Part shown: positions 20,680 through 29,385 of the stretch, piece after piece
Position numbering within the stretch: position 1 is the stretch's first letter
How the letters are laid out: the number at the start of each line of letters is the position of its first letter
Origin: an uncultured Clostridia bacterium
GTDB lineage: Bacteria > Bacillota > Clostridia > RGIG6154
Assembly: GCA_934446135.1 (NCBI GenBank)
Contig: CAKSDT010000001.1
Span: 1-61,794 of the forward strand
Reading direction: 5' to 3'
Length of the DNA stretch: 61,794 bases
Notes under the pieces: generated by a model
What the model saw: only the letters and a program-made list of their open reading frames with translations
The model's database searches: none
Told to the model about the DNA's origin: nothing
Position numbers and translations under genes: made by a program

Positions 20680-21174
20680 CTAAATTTTGTTATATAAATT
20701 AATAGTCCCAATTCCGGATTTTTTTGCATAATTTAAAGTATATTCCGAACCGCCGGTGCCGTTTGAATAGCAAACAAGAATAGAGGAATTATCAACCATA
20801 TATCTGTTTCTTGTATGATACACGCCCTTTTTATAAGTCCGGGAGATATAGTGAACATAATCAGAATGTTCCAGGGCAAATTTATATAAATCTTTGTTTT
20901 TTTCTTCCCAAAACTTTTCCTGTCCTATAAAAGGCGATGCAATAATACTTTTAATATGAGGATATTTTGTTTTGGCACGGTTTAATATGCAAAAAACAAT
21001 AAGGTCAAAGCCGTAACAGCCTCCGGTAATAAATGTGTCATAACCTTTCTGTATAAGTTCATTTATGATAAGAACAAGTTTTCTTTCAAGAATTTTTATA
21101 TCGCATTTAAGTTTTTCGGTTCTGTGACCCGAAAAAGAAACTGTTTTTGATTTATCAATTATCAAATTCATCAC
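20680..21174 (-). CDS. SLOG-fold / DUF1273 (YpsA-like) family protein
   Basis: 164-aa ORF with FSGHR and ITGGCYGFD motifs and overall similarity to the B. subtilis YpsA layout. Confidence 0.6.
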   Translation of the reverse strand: MMNLIIDKSKTVSFSGHRTEKLKCDIKILERKLVLIINELIQKGYDTFITGGCYGFDLIVFCILNRAKTKYPHIKSIIASPFIGQEKFWEEKNKDLYKFALEHSDYVHYISRTYKKGVYHTRNRYMVDNSSILVCYSNGTGGSEYTLNYAKKSGIGTINLYNKI

Positions 21175-21211
21175 CCATATAAATTGTAACAGAATTGGGG
21201 CGGTTAGTCAA

Positions 21212-22435
21212 TCAATAAATTTCCTGTTCAATCTCTAAAAGCCTGTTATACTTCTCAACCCTGTCCGATCTTGCGGGAGCACCTGTTTTGATTTGTCCCG
21301 AATTTGTTGCAACAGCGATGTCTGCAATTGTAGAATCACCTGTTTCGCCGCTTCGGTGTGAAATTATTGTTCCGAAGTTTGCTCTCTTTGCCAAAGAAAT
21401 CGCATTCAGCGTTTCGGTAAGTGTTCCTATTTGATTTGGTTTTATCAGAATTGCGTTGCCGCAGTTTTCGAAAATTCCTTTTCTTAGCCTTTCGGTGTTT
21501 GTAACAAACAAATCATCACCTACTATTTGGATTTTATCGCCTAATTTTTCAGTAATATCTCTAAATCCGTTCCAGTCGTTTTCTGATAATGGGTCTTCTA
21601 TTGAGTAAATCGGATAGTTTTTGCTGAGATTTTCCCAGTAAGATATAAGTTCTCTTGTCGAAAGAGTTTTTTGCGACTTTGGCAGTGTGTATTTTTCACC
21701 GTCATACCATTCGCTTGCAGCTGCATCAATTGCCAAAGTGAAATTTTCTCTCATTTTATAACCTGATTTTTCTACGGCTTCTATTATAAGGTCAAGTGCT
21801 TCTTCATCGCGGTTAAGATTTGGTGCGAAACCGCCTTCGTCACCTACTGCTGTAGAACCTTTTATGATTTTTTTCAGGTTATGGTAAACGGTAACGCAGC
21901 CTTCCATTCTTTCTTTGAAACTGTCAAATCCTATGGGGAAAAGCATAAATTCCTGTATATCAACATTGTTGTTAGCGTGTGCACCGCCGTTTAAAATATT
22001 CATCATAGGGACGGGAAGACGGTTTCCGAACACTCCGCCCAGATATCTGTATAAAGGTATATTAAAATAGTTTGCAACTGCTTTTGCATTGGCAAGAGAA
22101 ACTGCCAGTGTTGCGTTTGCACCGAGTTTGGACTTGTTTTTTGTTCCGTCTTCCGAAATCATTAAACTGTCAATGTTTTGCTGATTAAAGGCGTCTTCCC
22201 CTACAAGTATATTTTTTATTACGGTGTTTACATTTCCTACTGCTTTTAAAACACCCTTGCCGAAAAGCCTTTCACCGCCGTCACGGAGTTCGCATGCCTC
22301 AAACTCGCCGGTTGACGCTCCTGACGGCACTTTTGCTTCTCCATTTGTTCCGTCTGAAAGAACAACTGTTGCTTCGACTGTCGGATTTCCTCTTGAATCA
22401 AAAACTTCAATTGCACTTACATCTTTAATTTTCAT
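21212..22435 (-). CDS. eno: Enolase (phosphopyruvate hydratase)
   Basis: 407-aa ORF with the N-terminal [13 protein letters not shown] and the [18 protein letters not shown]...[22 protein letters not shown] block. Confidence 0.9.
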   Translation of the reverse strand: MKIKDVSAIEVFDSRGNPTVEATVVLSDGTNGEAKVPSGASTGEFEACELRDGGERLFGKGVLKAVGNVNTVIKNILVGEDAFNQQNIDSLMISEDGTKNKSKLGANATLAVSLANAKAVANYFNIPLYRYLGGVFGNRLPVPMMNILNGGAHANNNVDIQEFMLFPIGFDSFKERMEGCVTVYHNLKKIIKGSTAVGDEGGFAPNLNRDEEALDLIIEAVEKSGYKMRENFTLAIDAAASEWYDGEKYTLPKSQKTLSTRELISYWENLSKNYPIYSIEDPLSENDWNGFRDITEKLGDKIQIVGDDLFVTNTERLRKGIFENCGNAILIKPNQIGTLTETLNAISLAKRANFGTIISHRSGETGDSTIADIAVATNSGQIKTGAPARSDRVEKYNRLLEIEQEIY

Positions 22436-22545
22436 AATTAATCACCTCAAAATTATTATGTATTTAAGTTGTAAAATTTATACTTTTATGGTAAAATAAT
22501 TACAACAAAACATAAGGCTCAATTGTTTTAATAATGAAAGGATGA

Positions 22546-24549
22546 TTGATTATGAAAAAAATTATCAGTATTATGCTTACATTATTGTTGGTTTTGGGAT
22601 GTTTTCCCGTGTTTGCAAAAGAAGCAGATGATATGACAGACACACTCAAAGCAATAAAACCGAGGATAATGGATACAGAAGAATTTGAAACTTTTTCATC
22701 GGATAGTATGGTTTCCGACGGCGAGACTACTTATGAATTTAATTGGTCAACAGATGAGCCTTATAAGAGTCTTTCGGTTTCCTGCAACAAAGAAGGGATA
22801 ATCACATCATATTTTTATTACAATTCAAAAGATGAGGGCACGGAAGATGTTTCGGGAATTCTTTCAAAAGAACAAATTACACAGAAAGCACAAGTTCTTT
22901 TAAACAGACTTAATCCCGATTTAAAAAATGAAGAATTTAAAATAGAAAGTATTCAATGTCATGATTACGGAGAAAGTTATTCATTCAAAGTTAAAAGATA
23001 TGTAAACGGTGTTGCCGTAAAGTATGACAGAGGATATTTTGAAACAAATGCCGATGTAACCAATATAAAATCATTCAACCTTGAATATACCGAAATACCT
23101 TCGTTTGAATCAATAGACGGTATTAAAACTCCGGCTCAGGCAAAAGAAGCATTTAAGCAGAATAATTTTCTTAAACTCCTTTATTCCGAAAGAGAAGATA
23201 ATGTAGTATTAAAATATAAATATTTGAATGATGGTTTATTTATAAGTGCTAAGGACTTGTCGATAATTAAAAGAGATATTCCGGATGTTGTGCTCTACAG
23301 AAATGAAAGTGCAAAATCGGCGGATATGATGAATGCCGGTTCCGGAGGCGGAGTTTCGATTTCACCGGCAGAACAGAAAGAAATTGAGGAAATAAACAAC
23401 AATTATCCGTCCGAAGAACTTTATAACAAACTCATAAATAACAAGTACTTTAAAATTGGTGAAGACCCTGTTCTTTCATCAAAAAGGGCCTATAAGACAT
23501 CTGAAAACAGATATTATTATTCTTTCTCAATTGAATGCGATAACAACGAATTTATGTATGCAACCGTTGACGCACAAAACGGAAATGTAATATCATTTTA
23601 CGCACCGTACGACGATACGGAAGTTTCGGAAAATGCAAAAGAACTTGCTGTTTCAGCATTAAGAGAACTTTCGGATTATTCAAATGAATTTGTTTTAAAT
23701 GAAGAACATGACAACAAATACAACTTCATATTCAACAGAGTGGTAAACGGTATTTCTTTTGAATATGACAATGCAAATATTACTGTTGATAAAGAAACAG
23801 GAAAGATATGCTCATTTAATGTAAACCGTACTTATAAAGAACTTCCGGATGCAAGTGATGTTGTTTCAAAAGATGAGGCATTAAATGCAGTGTTTGAAAA
23901 AATTCCGTTTGATCTTTATTATGTTGTATCCGGAGGAGAAGCAAAACTTGTTTATGATTTTTCAAACAACTATGTATCTGTAGATGCAAAAACCGGAACA
24001 CTCGAAAATTATACGGAAACTGCACCAAGTTCGATTTCATACACGGATATAGAAGGACATTATGCCGAAGAGTATGTAAACATTGCGTCAAGCCTTAATA
24101 TATATTTCAACGAAAAGGAATTTAAACCCGAAAAAGAGATAACTCAAGGCGAATTTATCCAACTTATGTATTTTGCTCAGGGTTATTCGGATGATGAGGC
24201 ACATATATTAAATTCCGAAAGTGCTGAAAAAGACGCGTATGAATATGCAAAGTTTTCGGAAATTCTTTCGGAAAATGAAATAGATAAAACTGCATCTATT
24301 ACAAGAGAGCAGGCGGCAGTATATGTCGGAAGAAGATTCGGAATCAAAAAGGTTGCTGAAATGGATATATATAAACCTATATACAATGATACAACCTCAA
24401 ACCTCGGATATATAAATATTACAAGCGGTTATGGCATATTCAAAGGAGACGAAAACGGCAATTTCAACCCCGGCGGTAAACTTACCAGGGCTGACTCGTT
24501 TATAATATTCTGCTATATGTTAAAGTGTAAGGATTTAAGAAGAGTTTAA
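22546..24549 (+). CDS. Secreted SLH-domain cell-surface protein
   Basis: 667-aa ORF with a signal peptide (MKKIISIMLTLLLVLGCFPVFA) and C-terminal SLH-like repeats (YTDIEGHYAEEYV, ITQGEFIQLM, ITREQAAVYV, LTRADSFIIF). Confidence 0.65.
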   Translation: MIMKKIISIMLTLLLVLGCFPVFAKEADDMTDTLKAIKPRIMDTEEFETFSSDSMVSDGETTYEFNWSTDEPYKSLSVSCNKEGIITSYFYYNSKDEGTEDVSGILSKEQITQKAQVLLNRLNPDLKNEEFKIESIQCHDYGESYSFKVKRYVNGVAVKYDRGYFETNADVTNIKSFNLEYTEIPSFESIDGIKTPAQAKEAFKQNNFLKLLYSEREDNVVLKYKYLNDGLFISAKDLSIIKRDIPDVVLYRNESAKSADMMNAGSGGGVSISPAEQKEIEEINNNYPSEELYNKLINNKYFKIGEDPVLSSKRAYKTSENRYYYSFSIECDNNEFMYATVDAQNGNVISFYAPYDDTEVSENAKELAVSALRELSDYSNEFVLNEEHDNKYNFIFNRVVNGISFEYDNANITVDKETGKICSFNVNRTYKELPDASDVVSKDEALNAVFEKIPFDLYYVVSGGEAKLVYDFSNNYVSVDAKTGTLENYTETAPSSISYTDIEGHYAEEYVNIASSLNIYFNEKEFKPEKEITQGEFIQLMYFAQGYSDDEAHILNSESAEKDAYEYAKFSEILSENEIDKTASITREQAAVYVGRRFGIKKVAEMDIYKPIYNDTTSNLGYINITSGYGIFKGDENGNFNPGGKLTRADSFIIFCYMLKCKDLRRV

Positions 24550-24663
24550 GAAGATTTTATTATAAACAGGTTAAGAGTGCCTAATAAATATCCCCCGTTC
24601 TACGGGGGGGCAGTGTGCCGATAAACCCTATCGGCACACTGCCAGACTTCGAAAATGGAAGGC

Positions 24664-24821
24664 AAAAGCAAGCAGAAAAACCTTGAACCCTCGGTGGTTT
24701 CAAGGTTTTTTTATGTGGTTTATTTTGGACAGCAGTTATCCGAAAATTAATACGCTTAGGTTATATACAGAACATTGTATTGATATTTTTTTACTTGCGG
24801 CAGACCGACTTTTTCGGCAGC
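24664..24821 (+). repeat. Copy 1 of a ~160-bp conserved non-coding module (second copy at 43638-43797)
   Basis: By eye about 80% identical to 43638-43797. Shared features are AAAAGCAAGCA, a terminator hairpin AACCTTGAA..TTCAAGGTT + T-run, TTGGACAG.GGTTATCCGAAAATTAATACGCT and ...CTTGCGGC..CAGAC..TTTTTCGGCAG. Confidence 0.7.
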
Positions 24822-24859
24822 CAGATCCCCCGTATAATTGGGGGATTTCGTTATACAAA

Positions 24860-24888
24860 AATGAGGTGTGATTTTTCACACCTCATTA
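24860..24888 (-). terminator. Intrinsic terminator of the isomerase gene
   Basis: 11-bp stem AATGAGGTGTG / CACACCTCATT; on the minus strand it is followed by TTTTTG. Confidence 0.7.
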
Positions 24889-24898
24889 AAGTTAACAT

Positions 24899-25864
24899 TT
24901 ATGCCCAGTACATTTCTCCGGGTGTCTCATAAATCAAAACTTCTTTTAAGAATTTAATTGCCTTTTCAAGACCTTCTGTAGGCGACATTAAACCGTCTTC
25001 ATGCTCAATTGAGATTGCTCCGTCATAACCTGTAAGTTTAAGTGTTGAAATGACATCGTTCCAAAAATCTTTTCCGTGACCGTAGCCTATTGTTCTGAAT
25101 GCCCAAGAGCGGTCTGCAATATTTGAAAGACTCTTCGTGTCAAGAACACCGTTTACGGCACAGTTTATAGCGTCGATTTTGGTATCTTTTGCGTGGAAGT
25201 GATAAATTGCACCCTTTAATGCTTTTATTGCAGCAACTATATCAATTCCCTGCCAGATAAGATGGCTCGGGTCAAAGTTTGCACCGATTATATCACCAAC
25301 TGCTGCACGGAGTTTAAGAAGTGTTTCGGGATTATATACGCAAAAACCGGGGTGCATCTCAAATGCAATTTTCTTAATACCGTGCTGTTTTGCAAATTCA
25401 GCCATATCTTTCCAGTATGGAATAAGTTTTTCTTCCCACTGCCATTTTAAAATATCACCGTATTCCGTGGGCCATGCACAGGTAACCCAGTTGGGATTTT
25501 TAGATTCTTCGCAGTCACCGGGACAGCCTGAAAAACCGACTATTGTATCGACTCCCAAAAGTTCTGCCGCAAGAATAGCATTTTTGAACTGATTATGATA
25601 GTCCTCGGCAATTTCCTTGTTAGGATGAACAGGGTTGCCGTGACAACTTATAGCGGATATCTCAAGTTCGTTATCTTTTAATATCTTTTTAACTTTTTCA
25701 ACATTTTCGGGATGACCGATTAATTCTTTCGGCTTGATGTGAGCATCGCCCGGGTAACCGCCGGCACCGAGTTCGACACAGTCTACACCTAAAGAATGGA
25801 GATACTTCATTGCGTCTTCAAACGGCATTGAAGCCAAAGCAGGATTCATAACACCTAATTTCAT
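24899..25864 (-). CDS. Sugar phosphate isomerase/epimerase (xylose isomerase-like TIM barrel)
   Basis: 321-aa ORF with the typical AP-endonuclease-2/TIM-barrel layout (VELGAGGYPGD, FEMHPG, SIEHED). Confidence 0.75.
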   Translation of the reverse strand: MKLGVMNPALASMPFEDAMKYLHSLGVDCVELGAGGYPGDAHIKPKELIGHPENVEKVKKILKDNELEISAISCHGNPVHPNKEIAEDYHNQFKNAILAAELLGVDTIVGFSGCPGDCEESKNPNWVTCAWPTEYGDILKWQWEEKLIPYWKDMAEFAKQHGIKKIAFEMHPGFCVYNPETLLKLRAAVGDIIGANFDPSHLIWQGIDIVAAIKALKGAIYHFHAKDTKIDAINCAVNGVLDTKSLSNIADRSWAFRTIGYGHGKDFWNDVISTLKLTGYDGAISIEHEDGLMSPTEGLEKAIKFLKEVLIYETPGEMYWA

Positions 25865-25911
25865 AACAATTACCTCACTTTTTTATATAAATTTTTAAAA
25901 CTAAATTATGT

Positions 25912-26913
25912 TTATTTTCCGTAATTCGTGGTTTGTTTATGTTTAATTTCATAACCCAGTACGGTTTTTTCCTCAAACGGCTCATTTTTAATCATACTGT
26001 AAACCTTATCAAAAGCAAGTCTTCCGAGTTCTGCCTGAGGCTGGGCAATTGATGAAAGCGTCGGATTCATCATATAACAGGTTGTTGAATTGTCAAAACC
26101 CATAACCATAATGTCCTCGGGAATTTTGTAACCGTTCTGCATTAATATATTAACAGCCGCCGCCGCCATACGGTCGTTATTTGAAACAATTGCATCAATA
26201 TGTATACCCTTTTTCAGAAAATCAGCCATAAGTTTTAATGTTGAACGGTAGCCGTAATTGCTCCTTATTACAAGTTCGGGACGGTATTTTATATTGTTCT
26301 CCGCCAGTGCACTGCAGTAACCTTTAAATCTTTCTTTTGTAGAGGCAGTATCATTGTCGCAGCTTATATGAAGAATATTTTTTCTGCCCTTATTTATCAT
26401 ATATTCCGTTGCAGATTTCATAGCGTTGAAGTTGTCTATGACAACAACCGGAATATTAAGTTTTTCATGATATTCGGAACATTGAACCATTGAAACATAA
26501 TTTGACATTTCGTTTATCTTTCCGATAACTTCCTCATCAGTTTCTATTCCCAACAGAACGGCTCCGTCTGCCGCTTTTGTTTTAACAAGTTCAAGATATT
26601 TTAATATCTTTTCCCTGCGATTATCGGTCGTGCATACCAAAATATTGTATTCGAATTCGTCTGCCCGGTCCTCCATACTTTTAATTATTTTAGCAAAAAA
26701 TGAATTTATTATCGAATTCATTATGACAAGAATAAGTTTTGTTTCACTTTTTCTTAAATTTCTGCCGGTAAGGTTTGGGTAGTAATTTAGTTTTTTAATT
26801 GCGTCGAGAACTTTTATTTTTGTTTTATCCGAAACTATATTTTCATTATTTAAAACTCTTGATACCGTAGCAACCGAAACGCCGGCTTCATTTGCAACAT
26901 CAAAAATATTTAT
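25912..26913 (-). CDS. LacI-family transcriptional regulator; N-terminal HTH lacks a canonical start codon
   Basis: The ORF track gives only 25912..26721 (ligand-binding domain). The same frame continues upstream as INIFDVANEAGVSVATVSRVLNNENIVSDKTKIKVLDAIKKLNYYPNLTGRNLRK. It is bounded by TAA and has AAAGGAG 8 nt before an ATA codon (26911-26913), with no ATG/GTG/TTG. Confidence 0.7.
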   Translation of the reverse strand: MNIFDVANEAGVSVATVSRVLNNENIVSDKTKIKVLDAIKKLNYYPNLTGRNLRKSETKLILVIMNSIINSFFAKIIKSMEDRADEFEYNILVCTTDNRREKILKYLELVKTKAADGAVLLGIETDEEVIGKINEMSNYVSMVQCSEYHEKLNIPVVVIDNFNAMKSATEYMINKGRKNILHISCDNDTASTKERFKGYCSALAENNIKYRPELVIRSNYGYRSTLKLMADFLKKGIHIDAIVSNNDRMAAAAVNILMQNGYKIPEDIMVMGFDNSTTCYMMNPTLSSIAQPQAELGRLAFDKVYSMIKNEPFEEKTVLGYEIKHKQTTNYGK

Positions 26914-27011
26914 TGTTGTTTCTCCTTTCTTTGTAAAGGTTTACAACGGTATTATATCACAACAGGAAATATTTTGCAATAGTGATTTATACATCAATTT
27001 TAAAAAAAGCC

Positions 27012-27040
27012 TTGCAATTTGTCCGGAATTGTTGTATATT
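27012..27040 (+). promoter_or_regulatory. Candidate promoter of thrC
   Basis: TTGCAA (27012-27017), 17-nt spacer, TATATT (27035-27040). Confidence 0.45.
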
Positions 27041-27105
27041 ATATTGAAAACATATTTTAGGATTTGTTTGATGGGCTTTAATATGCGGTGTAAAGGAGAT
27101 ATGTT

Positions 27106-28614
27106 ATGAGTATGAAATATCACAGCACAAGAGATTCAAAAATATCATATACTGCCGGTGAGGCAATCATTAAAGGATTGTCACCCGAAGGCGGTCTTTT
27201 TGTTCCGGAAAACATACCGAAAATTTCATTGAATGATATCGAAAGTCTTAAGGATATGAAATATACAGACAGGGCTAAATTTGTTTTAAGCAGGTTTTTA
27301 GATGATTTTTCGGCTGAAGAACTCACTTTTTGTACTGACAGTGCTTATACCAAGGAAAAGTTTGGAAGCGATGATATTGCACCTTTGTATAAATTGAGTC
27401 AAAAGGCTTATATCCTTGAACTGTGGCACGGACCCACTTGTGCATTTAAAGATATGGCACTTCAGATTTTGCCTTATTTTTTGGTTACATCGCTTAAAAA
27501 GAGCGGTGTTAATAAAGAAATCGTTATTTTGGTTGCAACCTCAGGCGATACAGGAAAGGCAGCACTTGAAGGATTTGCAGATGTCGACGGCACAAGAATA
27601 AATGTTTTTTATCCGAATGAGGGCGTAAGCAAGATTCAGAAACTTCAAATGGTAACCCAAAGAGGTAACAATGTTAATGTTACTGCTGTAAACGGTAATT
27701 TCGACGATGCCCAAACAGGCGTTAAGATGATATTCACCGATAAGAAATTTGAAGAATATGCAGACAACCATAATTTTAAGTTTTCTTCCGCAAATTCAAT
27801 TAACTGGGGAAGACTTGCACCGCAGATTGTGTATTATATTTCTTCTTATGCAGAACTTTTGCAGGCTGGAGAAATAAAATTGGGCGACAAGATAAATATA
27901 GTTGTTCCGACCGGTAATTTCGGAAACATTCTTGCGGCATATTATGCTTATAAGATGGGACTTCCGGTCAATAAATTTATCTGTGCATCGAACGAAAACA
28001 ATGTACTTACGGATTTCATAAACACAGGCATTTATGACAGAAACAGAAAATTTCATCTTACTGTGTCCCCATCAATGGATATCCTGATTTCAAGCAACCT
28101 TGAAAGATTTCTGTACGATTTAAGCGGTAATAATACCGACGAAATAAACGAATATATGAAACTTTTGAAAGAGGAAGGAAAATATGAAGTTTCAGACTCG
28201 ATTAAGGAAAAAATAAAGGGCCTTTTCTACGGCGGTTTTGCAACAGATGAGGAAACCAAAAATACAATAAAGAAAGTTTTTGAAGAAAAAGATTATGTTT
28301 TGGATACACATTCGGCAGTTGCTTATAATGTGTATGAAAAGTATACAGAAAGCACAGGCGATGAAACCAAAACGGTTATTGCTTCGACTGCAAGTCCGTT
28401 CAAGTTCTCAAAGAGTGTTATGCAGGCAATAAAAGGCGATAACAAATACGGTGCCGATATGGATGAATTTGACATACTTGACGAACTTTCAAAAATATCG
28501 GGTGAGGAAATTCCTGCCTCGCTTAAGGAACTTAAAAACAAATCGGTTCTGTTTGATGTTACTTGCGAAAAAGATGAATTGAAGCAAATAGTAAGTGATT
28601 TTCTCAGACTGTAA
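27106..28614 (+). CDS. thrC: Threonine synthase
   Basis: 502-aa ORF with the N-terminal YHSTRD and the PLP-lysine block GPTCAFKDMALQ. Confidence 0.9.
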   Translation: MSMKYHSTRDSKISYTAGEAIIKGLSPEGGLFVPENIPKISLNDIESLKDMKYTDRAKFVLSRFLDDFSAEELTFCTDSAYTKEKFGSDDIAPLYKLSQKAYILELWHGPTCAFKDMALQILPYFLVTSLKKSGVNKEIVILVATSGDTGKAALEGFADVDGTRINVFYPNEGVSKIQKLQMVTQRGNNVNVTAVNGNFDDAQTGVKMIFTDKKFEEYADNHNFKFSSANSINWGRLAPQIVYYISSYAELLQAGEIKLGDKINIVVPTGNFGNILAAYYAYKMGLPVNKFICASNENNVLTDFINTGIYDRNRKFHLTVSPSMDILISSNLERFLYDLSGNNTDEINEYMKLLKEEGKYEVSDSIKEKIKGLFYGGFATDEETKNTIKKVFEEKDYVLDTHSAVAYNVYEKYTESTGDETKTVIASTASPFKFSKSVMQAIKGDNKYGADMDEFDILDELSKISGEEIPASLKELKNKSVLFDVTCEKDELKQIVSDFLRL

Positions 28615-28626
28615 AGGGTTGATCAA

Positions 28627-29313
28627 ATGGCAATTTATGCAATATCTGATTTGCATTTGTCTTTTGAATGTAAAAAGCCAATGAATAAGTTTGGAAATTT
28701 GTGGCAAGAATACGAGGAGAAAATGAAGTACAACTGGAATTGCCTGGTTAAAAAATCTGACCTTGTATTGATCGCAGGCGATGTATCGTGGGCAACTTAT
28801 GTTAAAGATGCACGGACTGATTTTGGCTATATTGATTCATTAAACGGTATCAAGATTATTTCAAAGGGCAACCACGATTATTGGTGGGAAACAGTAAAAA
28901 AACTTAATGAATTTACAATAGAAAACAATTTTAAAACCATTAATTTTCTTCATAATAATTGCTATGAATATGAGGGTTTTGCAGTTTGCGGGGCAAAAGG
29001 TTTTGACTATACGGTTGAAGAAAAATACCGTGAAAGAGAATTGATAAGGTTAGACCTTTCGCTTTCTGAGGGGAAAAAGAAGGGAAAACAAATAATCGCA
29101 ATGCTTCATTATCCGCCGTTTACGGCAGGCGGTGAAGTTATACCGGGGTTTATGGAACTGTTTGAAAAGTACGAAGTTAAGACTTGTGTATATGGGCATT
29201 TACACGCAAACGGACATAAAAGAGCCGTAAATGAAGTTATAAACGGGACAGAATTTAAACTCACTTCTTGTGATTATTTGGGGTTTTCACCTATTCTTAT
29301 AGAAAAAACTTGA
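28627..29313 (+). CDS. Metallophosphoesterase (calcineurin-like)
   Basis: 228-aa ORF with ISDLHL, GDVSWA, GNHDYWW and GHLH motifs. Confidence 0.75.
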   Translation: MAIYAISDLHLSFECKKPMNKFGNLWQEYEEKMKYNWNCLVKKSDLVLIAGDVSWATYVKDARTDFGYIDSLNGIKIISKGNHDYWWETVKKLNEFTIENNFKTINFLHNNCYEYEGFAVCGAKGFDYTVEEKYRERELIRLDLSLSEGKKKGKQIIAMLHYPPFTAGGEVIPGFMELFEKYEVKTCVYGHLHANGHKRAVNEVINGTEFKLTSCDYLGFSPILIEKT

Positions 29314-29385
29314 AATATTTGGTTTTATAATTTATAATAATTAAATATGATAAATAATTTATACACAAACGGAGGAATTTATATT

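Noticed and set aside
24683-24871. 62-aa ORF and its look-alike at 43657..43869 (70 aa), which share the peptide ILDS.YPKINTL.LY.
   Set aside because: The similarity follows from the ~160-bp DNA repeat. Both ORFs start inside a terminator hairpin, lack an RBS and diverge where the DNA diverges. They are more likely non-coding.
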